Positions 9,705 to 18,737 are shown, counted from the stretch's first letter. The stretch is 64,000 bases of DNA from an uncultured Chitinophaga sp. (GCA_964456225.1 CAYWAV010000005.1:5160-69159); one strand, 5' to 3'. Numbers and translations: made by a program. The notes: generated by a model from the sequence alone, not told the origin.

Positions 9705-9906
9705 TTTTTTTGCTGTAAAAATATGGTTTTTCAGGAAGATTTGCCATGAAACCCTTGATTTAAGGTGTATTTTAGACTCGTTTATTAACAAAATGCCCGT
9801 TTTTCAACAATTTTACAATTTTTTTGCCTCAAAACTTGCCTTGTGTATGTTTTCTGCATTACATTCGTTATATAAATTAATGTTTAACCCAAAAAAACAA
9901 AACAAG

Positions 9907-10182
9907 ATGAACAAAGCAGAATTAGTTGATGCAATCGCAGCAGAAACAAAATTAACAAAAGCTGATGCTGGAAGAGCATTAGAAGCATTCGTTAACGCAA
10001 CAACAAAAGCACTTAAAAAAGGTGATAGAGTTGCATTAGTAGGATTTGGTTCTTTCTCAGTTTCTAAAAGAGCTGCTAGAAATGGCCGTAATCCACAAAC
10101 AGGAAAAGCTATTAAAATTGCTGCTAAAAAAGTAGCAAAATTTAAAGCTGGAGCTGATTTAGCTAAAACAGTTAACAAATAA
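9907..10182 (+). CDS. hup: HU family DNA-binding protein
   Basis: [29 protein letters not shown]...[22 protein letters not shown], a canonical 91-aa HU. The upstream part of ORF 9655..10182 is rejected. Confidence 0.9.
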   Translation: MNKAELVDAIAAETKLTKADAGRALEAFVNATTKALKKGDRVALVGFGSFSVSKRAARNGRNPQTGKAIKIAAKKVAKFKAGADLAKTVNK

Positions 10183-10195
10183 TTTTGTCAACTAG

Positions 10196-10232
10196 AAAAA
10201 GCCCTCTTGCTTTTAGCAAGAGGGCTTTTTTA
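10196..10232. terminator. Bidirectional rho-independent terminator
   Basis: GCCCTCTTGC-tttta-GCAAGAGGGC followed by T6. It sits between the convergent hup and 10236..10721 genes. Confidence 0.75.
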
Positions 10233-10235
10233 TTT

Positions 10236-10721
10236 TTATTTATTTGTTGTTTTTATTATCCCCATTTTCGGTTCGTATTTTATTGTGTCAATATGTTCTT
10301 CTTTTTTGATGGTATCTTTTAACATTACTTCTCCTAAGGTTCTTTCTATTTCAATATCTCCCACCAAATGATTTTCGGTAGTTCTGCAACTAAACAAGCT
10401 TGTTCCGAAAGCGAAAAATAATGCAATTGCAAATGCTTTTCTGTAAGAAATATTTTTTGGTAAAAGATATAAAGGGATATTTATATTGAATGCGCTTTTT
10501 GGTTTTTCATCTAATTGAATTGTATTAAATCGACCGCAAACTTTCTTGTCGCTATTTTCTAATAAAGTGTTTTTAATTTCTTCGGGAGATTTGTTTGTAA
10601 AATCTACTACTGTTTTGCAACACTTTCCACAAAACGAACCTTGCTGATTAGGAGTCATTTTGTTCCAATCTTCATGACATGGTTTTGGGATGCTGATTCT
10701 TATTTCATTTGAATTTTCCAT
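10236..10721 (-). CDS. Hypothetical protein with N-terminal Cys-rich (zinc-ribbon-like) motif and a TM segment
   Basis: CHEDWNKMTPNQQGSFCGKCCKTVVDF (C-x17-C-x2-CC) and VCGRF, plus hydrophobic FAIALFFAFGTSLF. Confidence 0.55.
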   Translation of the reverse strand: MENSNEIRISIPKPCHEDWNKMTPNQQGSFCGKCCKTVVDFTNKSPEEIKNTLLENSDKKVCGRFNTIQLDEKPKSAFNINIPLYLLPKNISYRKAFAIALFFAFGTSLFSCRTTENHLVGDIEIERTLGEVMLKDTIKKEEHIDTIKYEPKMGIIKTTNK

Positions 10722-10899
10722 TTGATAGCATTTTTGCTATAAATGATGTAATCAGGATTGAAATTCCATAAAATATTCTTTGTTTTTAAAAAAAACCGAT
10801 TAATAAGGATTTAATTTAGATAAACCCTAACTAAATTTAATACAAATTGTTTGGGATTATCAGTAATTGCTTTTACTTTAGCGCCTCTAAAAACTACTA

Positions 10900-12864
10900 T
10901 TGAAAAGACATTCCTACATAGTATTCATTTTTTGTTTTGTCACATCTTTTGTTTCTGCACAAAAAGATGCTACAACGGATAGTTTATTAAACTTATTATC
11001 ACAAAAAATCACAGATACCACTAAAGTAAATGTGCTGAATGATCTAGCACAAAAAGTAGTAGATTTTCCTGATAGTAGTTATAGGTATGCATCCGTTGCA
11101 TTAGAATTAGCTCAAAAAATTAATTTTAAAAGAGGGTTGGCTAGATCATATTCCAGAATGGGAGAAGTGTATAACGCTAAAGGAAATTATAATCTCGCAC
11201 TAAAAAATTTACATGAATCATATCGTATTTATGATGAACTGGGAAATAAAAAACGCATGAGTATTGTAATGAATTCAATCGGAAATACACATTTGGGAAA
11301 TAGAGATAACAATAAAGCATTAGAGTCATTTAGGAAGTGTTATCAAATAGGTCTGGAAATAAATGACAATACGTCTTTGGCTCTTTCCTCTTTTGGGGTC
11401 GGCAATATTTTTGGAGAATTGGGTATAATAGATAGCGCTACAAAATATCTTAATTATGCATTGTCTGCTTTTTCCAAAGAAAAAAACAAGTATGGAGAAG
11501 CAATGACATTCGCCTTGATTGGTCAGTTGGAAAACAGAGAAAAAAAGTATGCCGAGTCTTTGCATTCTTTGAACAAATCGATGAAGCTGTTTAAGGAGAT
11601 TAATCAAATGTATGGTGTTGGTGTCGTGTCTCAGTCGCTAGGAAAAACCTATTATGATAGTGGTGACAATAAAAATGCATTGAAAAATTATTTAGAGGCA
11701 TTTGATGTTCATTTAAAACGGAATGCTTTTGACAATATAAAAGAAACTTGCCAAGAAATTTCGTTGGTTTATAAAAAGTTGGGCGATTACAAAAGCTCTC
11801 TTGCATACCATGAGTTGTATGTATTTTATAAGGATTCAGTATTTAATGAAAAAAGTAGAAAACAGCTTTTGGAGATTGAAACACAATATCAAACTCAGAA
11901 TAAAGAAAAAGAAATACAGCTCAAAAATTTGGAGTTGGAAAAATCAAATGATGCTATAAAAAGCAGGACAATTATTTTGTTTGTCTTTATTTTTGTTTCA
12001 TTGATTTTTTTGATAATGGCTTTTTTTGTTTACAAACAATACAAGCAAAAGAAAATTGCCAACATCAGAATAATGAAGCAGAAAGATGTTATTGAGGCAA
12101 AAAACAAAAGTATTACTGATAGTATTCGCTATGCACAATATATTCAAGAATCAATATTGCCCGATGATGATATGACTTATTCTCTTTTGAGAGAATCATT
12201 TGTTTTGTACATGCCTAAAGATATTGTAAGTGGAGATTTTTATTGGATTGTTGCGTCTGAAAGCTATGTGTATGCTGCTGTTGTTGATTGTACAGGGCAT
12301 GGAGTGCCTGGCGCTTTTATGAGTATGGTTGGATATAATTCTTTAAAGAATGCCATTAAACAGCTAAAAACACCAGATACTTCTCAAGTACTTTCATTTT
12401 TACAGCAAGAGGTTAGAGAGTTGTTTAAACACAATTATAATAGTACAAATGTGCGTGACGGGATGGATCTTTCATTGATACGTATTGATAGAAAGAACAT
12501 GAAATTGCAGTTTTCTGGTGCAAACAATCCTCTTTGTTACGTGAGGGATAATACGTTTATTGAGTGCAAAGGTGATAAGGTTGCAATTAGCGCACACACC
12601 GAAAACAGGAACACTGTTTTTACTCAACATGAAATAGATATTAAAAAAGGAGATGCTCTTTATTTATTTAGCGATGGATATGTTGATCAGTTTGGTGGTC
12701 CGAAAGGAAAAAAATTTAAGTACAAGCAATTTCAACAGATGATTTTGAGTGCGGCTCATTTGCCTATGAATGAACAGAAAAATTTATTTCAGAAAATAAT
12801 CAAAAAATGGCAAGGTGATTTGGAGCAGATAGATGATATTTTAGTCCTAGGATTAAAAATTTAA
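10900..12864 (+). CDS. TPR-repeat sensor / SpoIIE-type PP2C serine phosphatase
   Basis: Signal peptide, TPR repeats, a single TM (IILFVFIFVSLIFLIMAFFVY) and a C-terminal PP2C/SpoIIE block (DIVSGDFYW..DCTGHGVPGAFMS..FSDGYVDQFGG). The apparent start codon is TTG. Confidence 0.85.
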   Translation: MKRHSYIVFIFCFVTSFVSAQKDATTDSLLNLLSQKITDTTKVNVLNDLAQKVVDFPDSSYRYASVALELAQKINFKRGLARSYSRMGEVYNAKGNYNLALKNLHESYRIYDELGNKKRMSIVMNSIGNTHLGNRDNNKALESFRKCYQIGLEINDNTSLALSSFGVGNIFGELGIIDSATKYLNYALSAFSKEKNKYGEAMTFALIGQLENREKKYAESLHSLNKSMKLFKEINQMYGVGVVSQSLGKTYYDSGDNKNALKNYLEAFDVHLKRNAFDNIKETCQEISLVYKKLGDYKSSLAYHELYVFYKDSVFNEKSRKQLLEIETQYQTQNKEKEIQLKNLELEKSNDAIKSRTIILFVFIFVSLIFLIMAFFVYKQYKQKKIANIRIMKQKDVIEAKNKSITDSIRYAQYIQESILPDDDMTYSLLRESFVLYMPKDIVSGDFYWIVASESYVYAAVVDCTGHGVPGAFMSMVGYNSLKNAIKQLKTPDTSQVLSFLQQEVRELFKHNYNSTNVRDGMDLSLIRIDRKNMKLQFSGANNPLCYVRDNTFIECKGDKVAISAHTENRNTVFTQHEIDIKKGDALYLFSDGYVDQFGGPKGKKFKYKQFQQMILSAAHLPMNEQKNLFQKIIKKWQGDLEQIDDILVLGLKI

Positions 12865-12928
12865 TTAACCCCGTATCTTTTTTTTTCATTTCCGTTATAC
12901 AATTATCTAACTAAAAACGGAGGTCAAA

Positions 12929-13810
12929 ATGAAAAAATTAGTTTCTCTCTTACTTATTCTTTTTTGTTTATTGCTAAAAGGTTATGCATTTGAAAATGAT
13001 ACAACCAAGAGTAAGGTTCTTGGGCCATCAAAGTATCCTGATTTGTCTTATATAAAAGACAATACACGTAGTAAAGAAGTGACTCCTTATCCTTCTTTAA
13101 GAGAAGCAGATGTTATGTGGAGCAAAAGAGTTTGGCGAGTAATCGACTTAAGAGAAAAAATGAATCATCCTTTATATTATCCTGATTCACCTGTGTTGGA
13201 TAGGAAGAGTTTATTTGATGTGATTTTGGATGGTGCTTTAAACGGAGGGAAAATAACCTGTTTCGATAATGCGGCTACAGATGATCAATTCCGCTACGAA
13301 ATGACAATGACGGAGGTTGCTATGAGAATGAATCCATCTGTAACAAAAATGATAGAACGAATTGAAGAACAAGGTGTTTTTGACCCCGTGGATATTCCTG
13401 AACCTATAACTACAGCACAAGTTTGGAAGTATTGGGTGAAAGAAGATTGGTTTTATGATAAACAAAGATCAGTTATGGATGTACGAATCATAGGACTTTG
13501 TCCGTTAATAGAGAAAGTTTCCGAGTCTGGAGAGCATTTAGGTGCAGATAAACCCCTTTTCTGGATCTATTTTCCAGAAGCTCGTCCGGTGTTCGCAACT
13601 TCAGAAGTCTTTATGCGAAATAATGACGCTGAAAGAAGAACACTGGACGATATCTTCTGGAAACGAATGTTTTCAAGTTATATCCGAAAAGAAAGCAATG
13701 TGTACGACAGAGGAATTTACGATTACAAAGTGGGATTGGAACAACAATTAGAGTCAGAACGTGTAAAGAATGACATCTTTATTTACGAACACGATTTGTG
13801 GCATTTTTGA
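12929..13810 (+). CDS. GldN/PorN-like periplasmic protein (tentative), found without gldKLM
   Basis: Signal peptide. The motif ADVMWSKRVWRVIDLREKMNHPLYYP resembles the conserved GldN signature, recalled from memory rather than confirmed. The gene itself is high confidence; the family call is moderate. Confidence 0.45.
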   Translation: MKKLVSLLLILFCLLLKGYAFENDTTKSKVLGPSKYPDLSYIKDNTRSKEVTPYPSLREADVMWSKRVWRVIDLREKMNHPLYYPDSPVLDRKSLFDVILDGALNGGKITCFDNAATDDQFRYEMTMTEVAMRMNPSVTKMIERIEEQGVFDPVDIPEPITTAQVWKYWVKEDWFYDKQRSVMDVRIIGLCPLIEKVSESGEHLGADKPLFWIYFPEARPVFATSEVFMRNNDAERRTLDDIFWKRMFSSYIRKESNVYDRGIYDYKVGLEQQLESERVKNDIFIYEHDLWHF

Positions 13811-13818
13811 TTCTTCGG

Positions 13819-13865
13819 CTACGCTCAGTATGACAATCAATAAGGCCACACTGAGCGTAGTTTTA
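13819..13865 (+). terminator. Stem-loop terminator
   Basis: CTACGCTCAG...CTGAGCGTAG, a 10-bp stem with a 22-nt loop, followed by TTTT. Confidence 0.5.
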
Positions 13866-13869
13866 TTTA

Positions 13870-15111
13870 TTATGCTTTTTCTTCCCAAATCATGCATAAG
13901 TTTACAATTGTAGCAACTGCCTTTTCCATATCCTGCACACTTACCCATTCGTGTTTGGAGTGGAAGGCGTGTTCGCCAGCAAAAATATTTGGACAAGGCA
14001 ATCCCATATAGGAGAAACGGGAGCCATCTGTTCCTCCTCTAATGCTTGACAACACTGGCTCAACGCCTGCTCTTTTAATTGCTTCTAAAGCATTGTTTAC
14101 AATCTCTGGATTTTTATCCAACACTTGTTTCATGTTTCTGTATTGTTGCTTTACAATAAAATCGAAAGTTGAGTGCGGATAGTTTTTAATTATTTTTTCT
14201 GTCAATATTTTTAGAAAATCTTCTTGTGTTTTTAGAGTCTCTTCATCAAAAGCACGAATAATAAATTGCAAAGTGGTTTCTTCGATTCCTCCAGAGATAC
14301 TTACAGGATGAACGAATGGTTCTTTCTTCTCTGTTGATTCCGGACTCATTTTGTCTTTAGGTAAAGCGGCAACAATTTCACCTGCAATTTTAATAGCACT
14401 TTCCATTTTGTTTTTTGCAAATCCTGGATGTGTACTAACTCCATGAATATTGATTGTTACGCCATCGGCAGAAAACGTTTCATTTTCAATATGTCCTAAT
14501 TCTTCTCCGTCAATGGTGTAACCAAAATCGGCTCCCAATTTTTTCATGTCTGCTTTGTCAGCACCTCTTCCAATTTCTTCGTCAGGAGTAAACAATATTT
14601 TTATGGTGCCATGTTTTAGTTCGGGATGTTTCATTAAATGATTTGCTGCATCCATAATTTCGGCTACACCTGCTTTGTTATCTGCGCCAAGCAATGTTGT
14701 TCCATCCGTTGTGATAATATCGTTTCCAATTTGTTTTGTTAAAGAGGGATGTTCGTGCACACGAATAACCTGTGTTTTATCATTTAACAGAACAATGTCT
14801 TTTCCATCATATTTTTTATGTACTTGCGGGTTTACATCTTTACCAGAACAGTCGGGTGATGTGTCCATGTGAGAGCAAAAACAAATGACAGGAACTTTTT
14901 TAGAAGTGTTGCTAGGAATGGTTGCGTATATATAGCCGTGTTCATCCATGTGGGCATCCGTAATGCCCATTTCTAATAGTTCTGCAACCAATATTTTTCC
15001 TAAATCCTTTTGTTTCATTGTGGATGGACAAGTAGGAGAGGAAGGATCACTTTGTGTGTCTATTTTAACGTATTTTAAAAACCGTTCGGTAACTGTATGG
15101 TTGATTATCAT
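13870..15111 (-). CDS. pepT: Peptidase T (tripeptide aminopeptidase, M20B)
   Basis: MIINHTVTERFLKYVKIDTQSD...CSHMDTSPD...GADNKAGVAEI...TPDEEIG, the PepT family signature. Confidence 0.9.
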   Translation of the reverse strand: MIINHTVTERFLKYVKIDTQSDPSSPTCPSTMKQKDLGKILVAELLEMGITDAHMDEHGYIYATIPSNTSKKVPVICFCSHMDTSPDCSGKDVNPQVHKKYDGKDIVLLNDKTQVIRVHEHPSLTKQIGNDIITTDGTTLLGADNKAGVAEIMDAANHLMKHPELKHGTIKILFTPDEEIGRGADKADMKKLGADFGYTIDGEELGHIENETFSADGVTINIHGVSTHPGFAKNKMESAIKIAGEIVAALPKDKMSPESTEKKEPFVHPVSISGGIEETTLQFIIRAFDEETLKTQEDFLKILTEKIIKNYPHSTFDFIVKQQYRNMKQVLDKNPEIVNNALEAIKRAGVEPVLSSIRGGTDGSRFSYMGLPCPNIFAGEHAFHSKHEWVSVQDMEKAVATIVNLCMIWEEKA

Positions 15112-15184
15112 TGCTTATTGAATTTGGAATAAATTATATCACGAATTACACTATTTTTGGGCAATATTCAAAATAAAATAGGGC

Positions 15185-15649
15185 ATGAAATACAAACGTT
15201 TAGAAAGTGCTGAGCTGAAAGAATTAGAAAAAGAATTCATTCATTTTCTTTCCTCTGCACAAATTACGGGAGCGGATTGGGAAAAGATGAAAGCGACTGA
15301 AAAAGAAAAGGCTGAAGAGTTGATTGAGGTATTCAGTGATTTGGTATACGAAAAAGTAATGAGCAAAATAGACTACCTAGAATACAGAGATAGTAAGTCA
15401 TTAAACATATTCCATTTGACAAATGATAGAATTGTTTTGGTAGGTTTAAGGGTGAAGGAGAATCAGAGCTTGGATTTAATGGCCGACAATGTATTTGAGC
15501 AATGGAACCAAAGTAGTATGAATGCTGTTAACCTAGTTAAAATAGAAAAGGGGTATTTAAAAGAAAGAGGAGTGGAAGTATTTGAGCTATTGCAAACAGG
15601 GTGTTTTATAACAGATGGTAGATTGTATAATTTATTGAAAACGTTATAG
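15185..15649 (+). CDS. Hypothetical cytoplasmic protein
   Basis: 154-aa ORF with no recognised motifs. Divergent from pepT. Confidence 0.55.
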   Translation: MKYKRLESAELKELEKEFIHFLSSAQITGADWEKMKATEKEKAEELIEVFSDLVYEKVMSKIDYLEYRDSKSLNIFHLTNDRIVLVGLRVKENQSLDLMADNVFEQWNQSSMNAVNLVKIEKGYLKERGVEVFELLQTGCFITDGRLYNLLKTL

Positions 15650-15651
15650 GC

Positions 15652-15888
15652 TTAAGCACGGGAATTGGAAGTGCGAGCAACTTTACCTGCTTTTTTCAAA
15701 CTACCGTTGTTGTTATTCAAACCAGGTGAAGGAATTATTTTAAAAATAACGATGTTACTTTTGGTTGTAACAATAGAGTCGCTTCCTTTAGGAATAGGCT
15801 TATTCAAGTCGCCAGTATTTTTTGAATAACCGGCACTTGCGATAGTTAAAAAAAGGGATGTTAGAACAAGTTTTGAAAAAGGGCTCAT
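15652..15888 (-). CDS. Small secreted hypothetical protein
   Basis: 78-aa ORF with a clear signal peptide (LVLTSLFLTIASAGYS). No homology recognised. Confidence 0.4.
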   Translation of the reverse strand: MSPFSKLVLTSLFLTIASAGYSKNTGDLNKPIPKGSDSIVTTKSNIVIFKIIPSPGLNNNNGSLKKAGKVARTSNSRA

Positions 15889-15980
15889 TTTTCAGTTATT
15901 TATAATCAAAAATAAAACATTTTATCGGTAAGAGCAATAAATTTATTTGCTTTGGCATTAATTAACATAATAAAAACAAA

Positions 15981-16006
15981 AAGGGGGCTTTTGCCCCCTT
16001 TTTGTT
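15981..16006. terminator. Bidirectional rho-independent terminator
   Basis: AAGGGGGC-tttt-GCCCCCTT with T-runs on both sides. It lies immediately downstream of the 16008..18737 gene. Confidence 0.7.
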
Positions 16007-16007
16007 T

Positions 16008-18737
16008 TTATTCAGAAATGATTAATTTCTTAGTAATGCTCGTATTGTCAATAGTAAACTTAACAAAATAAATACCTCCGACTAAATTCAGTTCATGTTT
16101 TGAAATTTGAATTGAATAATCGCCTTCAGCCTGATTACTATTATTTACTTGCATAATCTTTTTACCTAATACGTCTACTAATTCAATTCTAACATCACCC
16201 TTTGTATTTAAGTGATAAGAAACTGTAGCAGCATTGTTTGTTGGGTTAGGGAAGATAGAAACAGTTGCAGCATCTAAAGCATTTTCATCTACACCTAAAA
16301 CAGCTGTGATGTTAATATCATCAATGTAAATGCTGTTACTATAATTACCTGAAGTATATTCAAATTTAAAGCGTGTATTTGCAGATGCGAAAGTTCCTGG
16401 AACAGATACCGTATGATATGCCCATTGACTAGCACTTGTTGGTACAAATTCTTCAGGATGGTAGCTGTTATTTATTAATGAAGCGTTAGCGGTTCCTGTT
16501 CCTAGAAAAGTAGGAGTGCGTGGATTCCATGTTGCACCACAATCGTTTGATGAATAAACAATAAGCTTATCAAGAATGTCGACTGCATTGGTTGCTTTAG
16601 TAGCAGCCGCGCATCTGAATGATAACACAATACTGCTCATAAAGGATAAGTTATAAGATGGAGAAATTAATTGATCAACATCATCGCGGTAGTTATAATA
16701 TGCATTCATTACGATACTGCGAGAACCTGTATATGCAGCAGTGTTATTAATCCACCATGTTCTACTGTTCATGTCCAAATCGTTCACATTCCATAGGCTG
16801 TAGAAAGATGTTGGGTTTTCAAAACCTTCTGAAAAAGTACCCGGTACTTGAGCGAAATTGTCAGAAACATAGATAAAGTTATTTTTTGTAACAGTAGTAG
16901 AACCCGCACCACCAGAACCTGTTACTGTTAAAGTCACATCATAACCTCCAGGAGTATTGTAAACAATTGTAGGGGAAGCAGAAGTTGATGTAGCTGGTGT
17001 TCCGCCAGGGAAGCTCCATACATACGTTGCTGTTGTTCCTACAGATAAATTTAAAACATTTGGAGTGAATGCGATATTTGCTCCTGGACAAATCATATAA
17101 TCATCAGCATAAAAGTCTGATGTTGGTGTACAAGGAGGGTAAGTACCTCCGTCAGTACCTGTTGCAATTAAATTGGAAGTAATCAACAAATTACTTCTTT
17201 GAGCAATTGGACTTTCTGCTGAAGCTCTCATTCTTGCAATCTGTCCTGCAGTAAACATGTAAGTACAGCTTGAGTAGTCCATGTAATTTGTAATGTTTTC
17301 TGCATCACCGAATGTTCCTGTTAATACAACATTGTCGATGCTAAACCCTCCAATAGTATCCTCAGCATTGAAGCCATAAATACGGAAAGTGATAGGGCTT
17401 GATGTTCCTGTAAATCCTGCTCCGCTTAATGTAACTCTGCTTCCAGTGATGCTGATTGTGGTATCAAAATTACAAAAGAATACGTTTCCTGTTTGAACAC
17501 TCAAATTCGGATTAGTAGGACTAATAGAAGAAGGTAAGTTTGTTAAGTAGCTACCTCCAACATTTGAACGAACAGCATAAGTTCTTACACCCGTTGAGTC
17601 GCGTTGAAAGCCAAATGTTAATGAAGTTAAAGACATTGCAACATTAGGATTCGGTGTAACAGTGAACTGATAATATTTGCCCGTGTTAATAGCTCCTGTT
17701 AAAGACGCATAAACCGTTTCACCATTTGCTGCTCCTGTGCCCCAATCACTATAGTTGAACATATTTGCAGAAGAGGAATTTGAAGAAACACCTGTTGCAG
17801 TGAAACTAGAAAATGTCATTGAAGAATCTGCAACATAAGGTGCAGAAGTCGGATCTGTTGTTCCAGAACCTGTTGTAACACCAGAAAATGCATATGTTGA
17901 AGTTAATACTGTGTTGTCGCAAAAGAAATCGTATGCAGGACAAGTAGAAAAGTGTCCTTTTGTAATAGGTGTATCATTTACATTGTCGTCACCACAAACG
18001 GTAGCAACTTGTGTATTTCCCCAAGTATGCTCTAAACCTAACCAGTGACCAACTTCGTGAGTTAGTGTTCGTGATGTTCCGTTTACCTGATCCGATCTCA
18101 TGATAACTCCATCAGAAGGAAATCCAAAAGTATTAACAGAAGAAGGGAAAGTTGCATAAGCAAGAACCAAACCTACTGTACCTGGATCAACTTCAAGTGT
18201 ATTGATCACCCAAACATTGAAATATTTGTCGCGAGGCCATTGATTTAATTTTGAGCGCTCACCTGCATTTAAAGTTTTGTGAGAATAAATACGTTCGATT
18301 CCGTTTGTGCAATTTCCATTGGGATCAAGTTTTGCCAATTTAAACTGGATAAGCGCATCGCCTCCTATTGATTGGAAATAGGGAGGGTTTGACGTGAAGT
18401 CTGTATTTAATTTAGCGAAATCCGTATTTAATCGGTTTACCTGAGCAATGACACTTGCATCGGAAACATTCTCCGTTCCGTTGATATGAATAATATGGAA
18501 AACAATTGGAATGGTATAAAGCGTTGTGCTTCGGGTTCCTTTTTGATTAGTTGCTTGTGTAAGAGAGTTAACATAATCAATATATGCTTGTCGAAGTTCT
18601 GGGTGCTGAAGCATCATTTCTTCATTTTTCTGATCTGTTCCGCAAGGAATATTAGGGTCTTGTGCTTTAGCAGTATTGATTTGTGCAAGACAAATAACAG
18701 CACTTAACAGAGCAAGTTTTAAGTATTTTGATTTCAT
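16008..18737 (-). CDS. M43 (pappalysin/ulilysin-type) zinc metalloprotease with T9SS C-terminal sorting domain
   Basis: Signal peptide MKSKYLKLALLSAVICLAQINTAKAQ. HEVGHWLGLEHTWG zinc motif. Type-A CTD GGIYFVKFTIDNTSITKKLIISE. The ATG at 18737 is preferred over the ORF start at 18794. Confidence 0.8.
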   Translation of the reverse strand: MKSKYLKLALLSAVICLAQINTAKAQDPNIPCGTDQKNEEMMLQHPELRQAYIDYVNSLTQATNQKGTRSTTLYTIPIVFHIIHINGTENVSDASVIAQVNRLNTDFAKLNTDFTSNPPYFQSIGGDALIQFKLAKLDPNGNCTNGIERIYSHKTLNAGERSKLNQWPRDKYFNVWVINTLEVDPGTVGLVLAYATFPSSVNTFGFPSDGVIMRSDQVNGTSRTLTHEVGHWLGLEHTWGNTQVATVCGDDNVNDTPITKGHFSTCPAYDFFCDNTVLTSTYAFSGVTTGSGTTDPTSAPYVADSSMTFSSFTATGVSSNSSSANMFNYSDWGTGAANGETVYASLTGAINTGKYYQFTVTPNPNVAMSLTSLTFGFQRDSTGVRTYAVRSNVGGSYLTNLPSSISPTNPNLSVQTGNVFFCNFDTTISITGSRVTLSGAGFTGTSSPITFRIYGFNAEDTIGGFSIDNVVLTGTFGDAENITNYMDYSSCTYMFTAGQIARMRASAESPIAQRSNLLITSNLIATGTDGGTYPPCTPTSDFYADDYMICPGANIAFTPNVLNLSVGTTATYVWSFPGGTPATSTSASPTIVYNTPGGYDVTLTVTGSGGAGSTTVTKNNFIYVSDNFAQVPGTFSEGFENPTSFYSLWNVNDLDMNSRTWWINNTAAYTGSRSIVMNAYYNYRDDVDQLISPSYNLSFMSSIVLSFRCAAATKATNAVDILDKLIVYSSNDCGATWNPRTPTFLGTGTANASLINNSYHPEEFVPTSASQWAYHTVSVPGTFASANTRFKFEYTSGNYSNSIYIDDINITAVLGVDENALDAATVSIFPNPTNNAATVSYHLNTKGDVRIELVDVLGKKIMQVNNSNQAEGDYSIQISKHELNLVGGIYFVKFTIDNTSITKKLIISE

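Noticed and set aside
9655-9906. N-terminal extension of the hup ORF (175-aa version)
   Set aside because: The canonical 91-aa HU begins at ATG 9907 (MNKAELV). The upstream part is a low-complexity AT-rich translation with no HU similarity.
13754-13996. 80-aa ORF overlapping the pepT 3' end and terminator
   Set aside because: Antisense or overlapping frame across a terminator hairpin. pepT explains the region.
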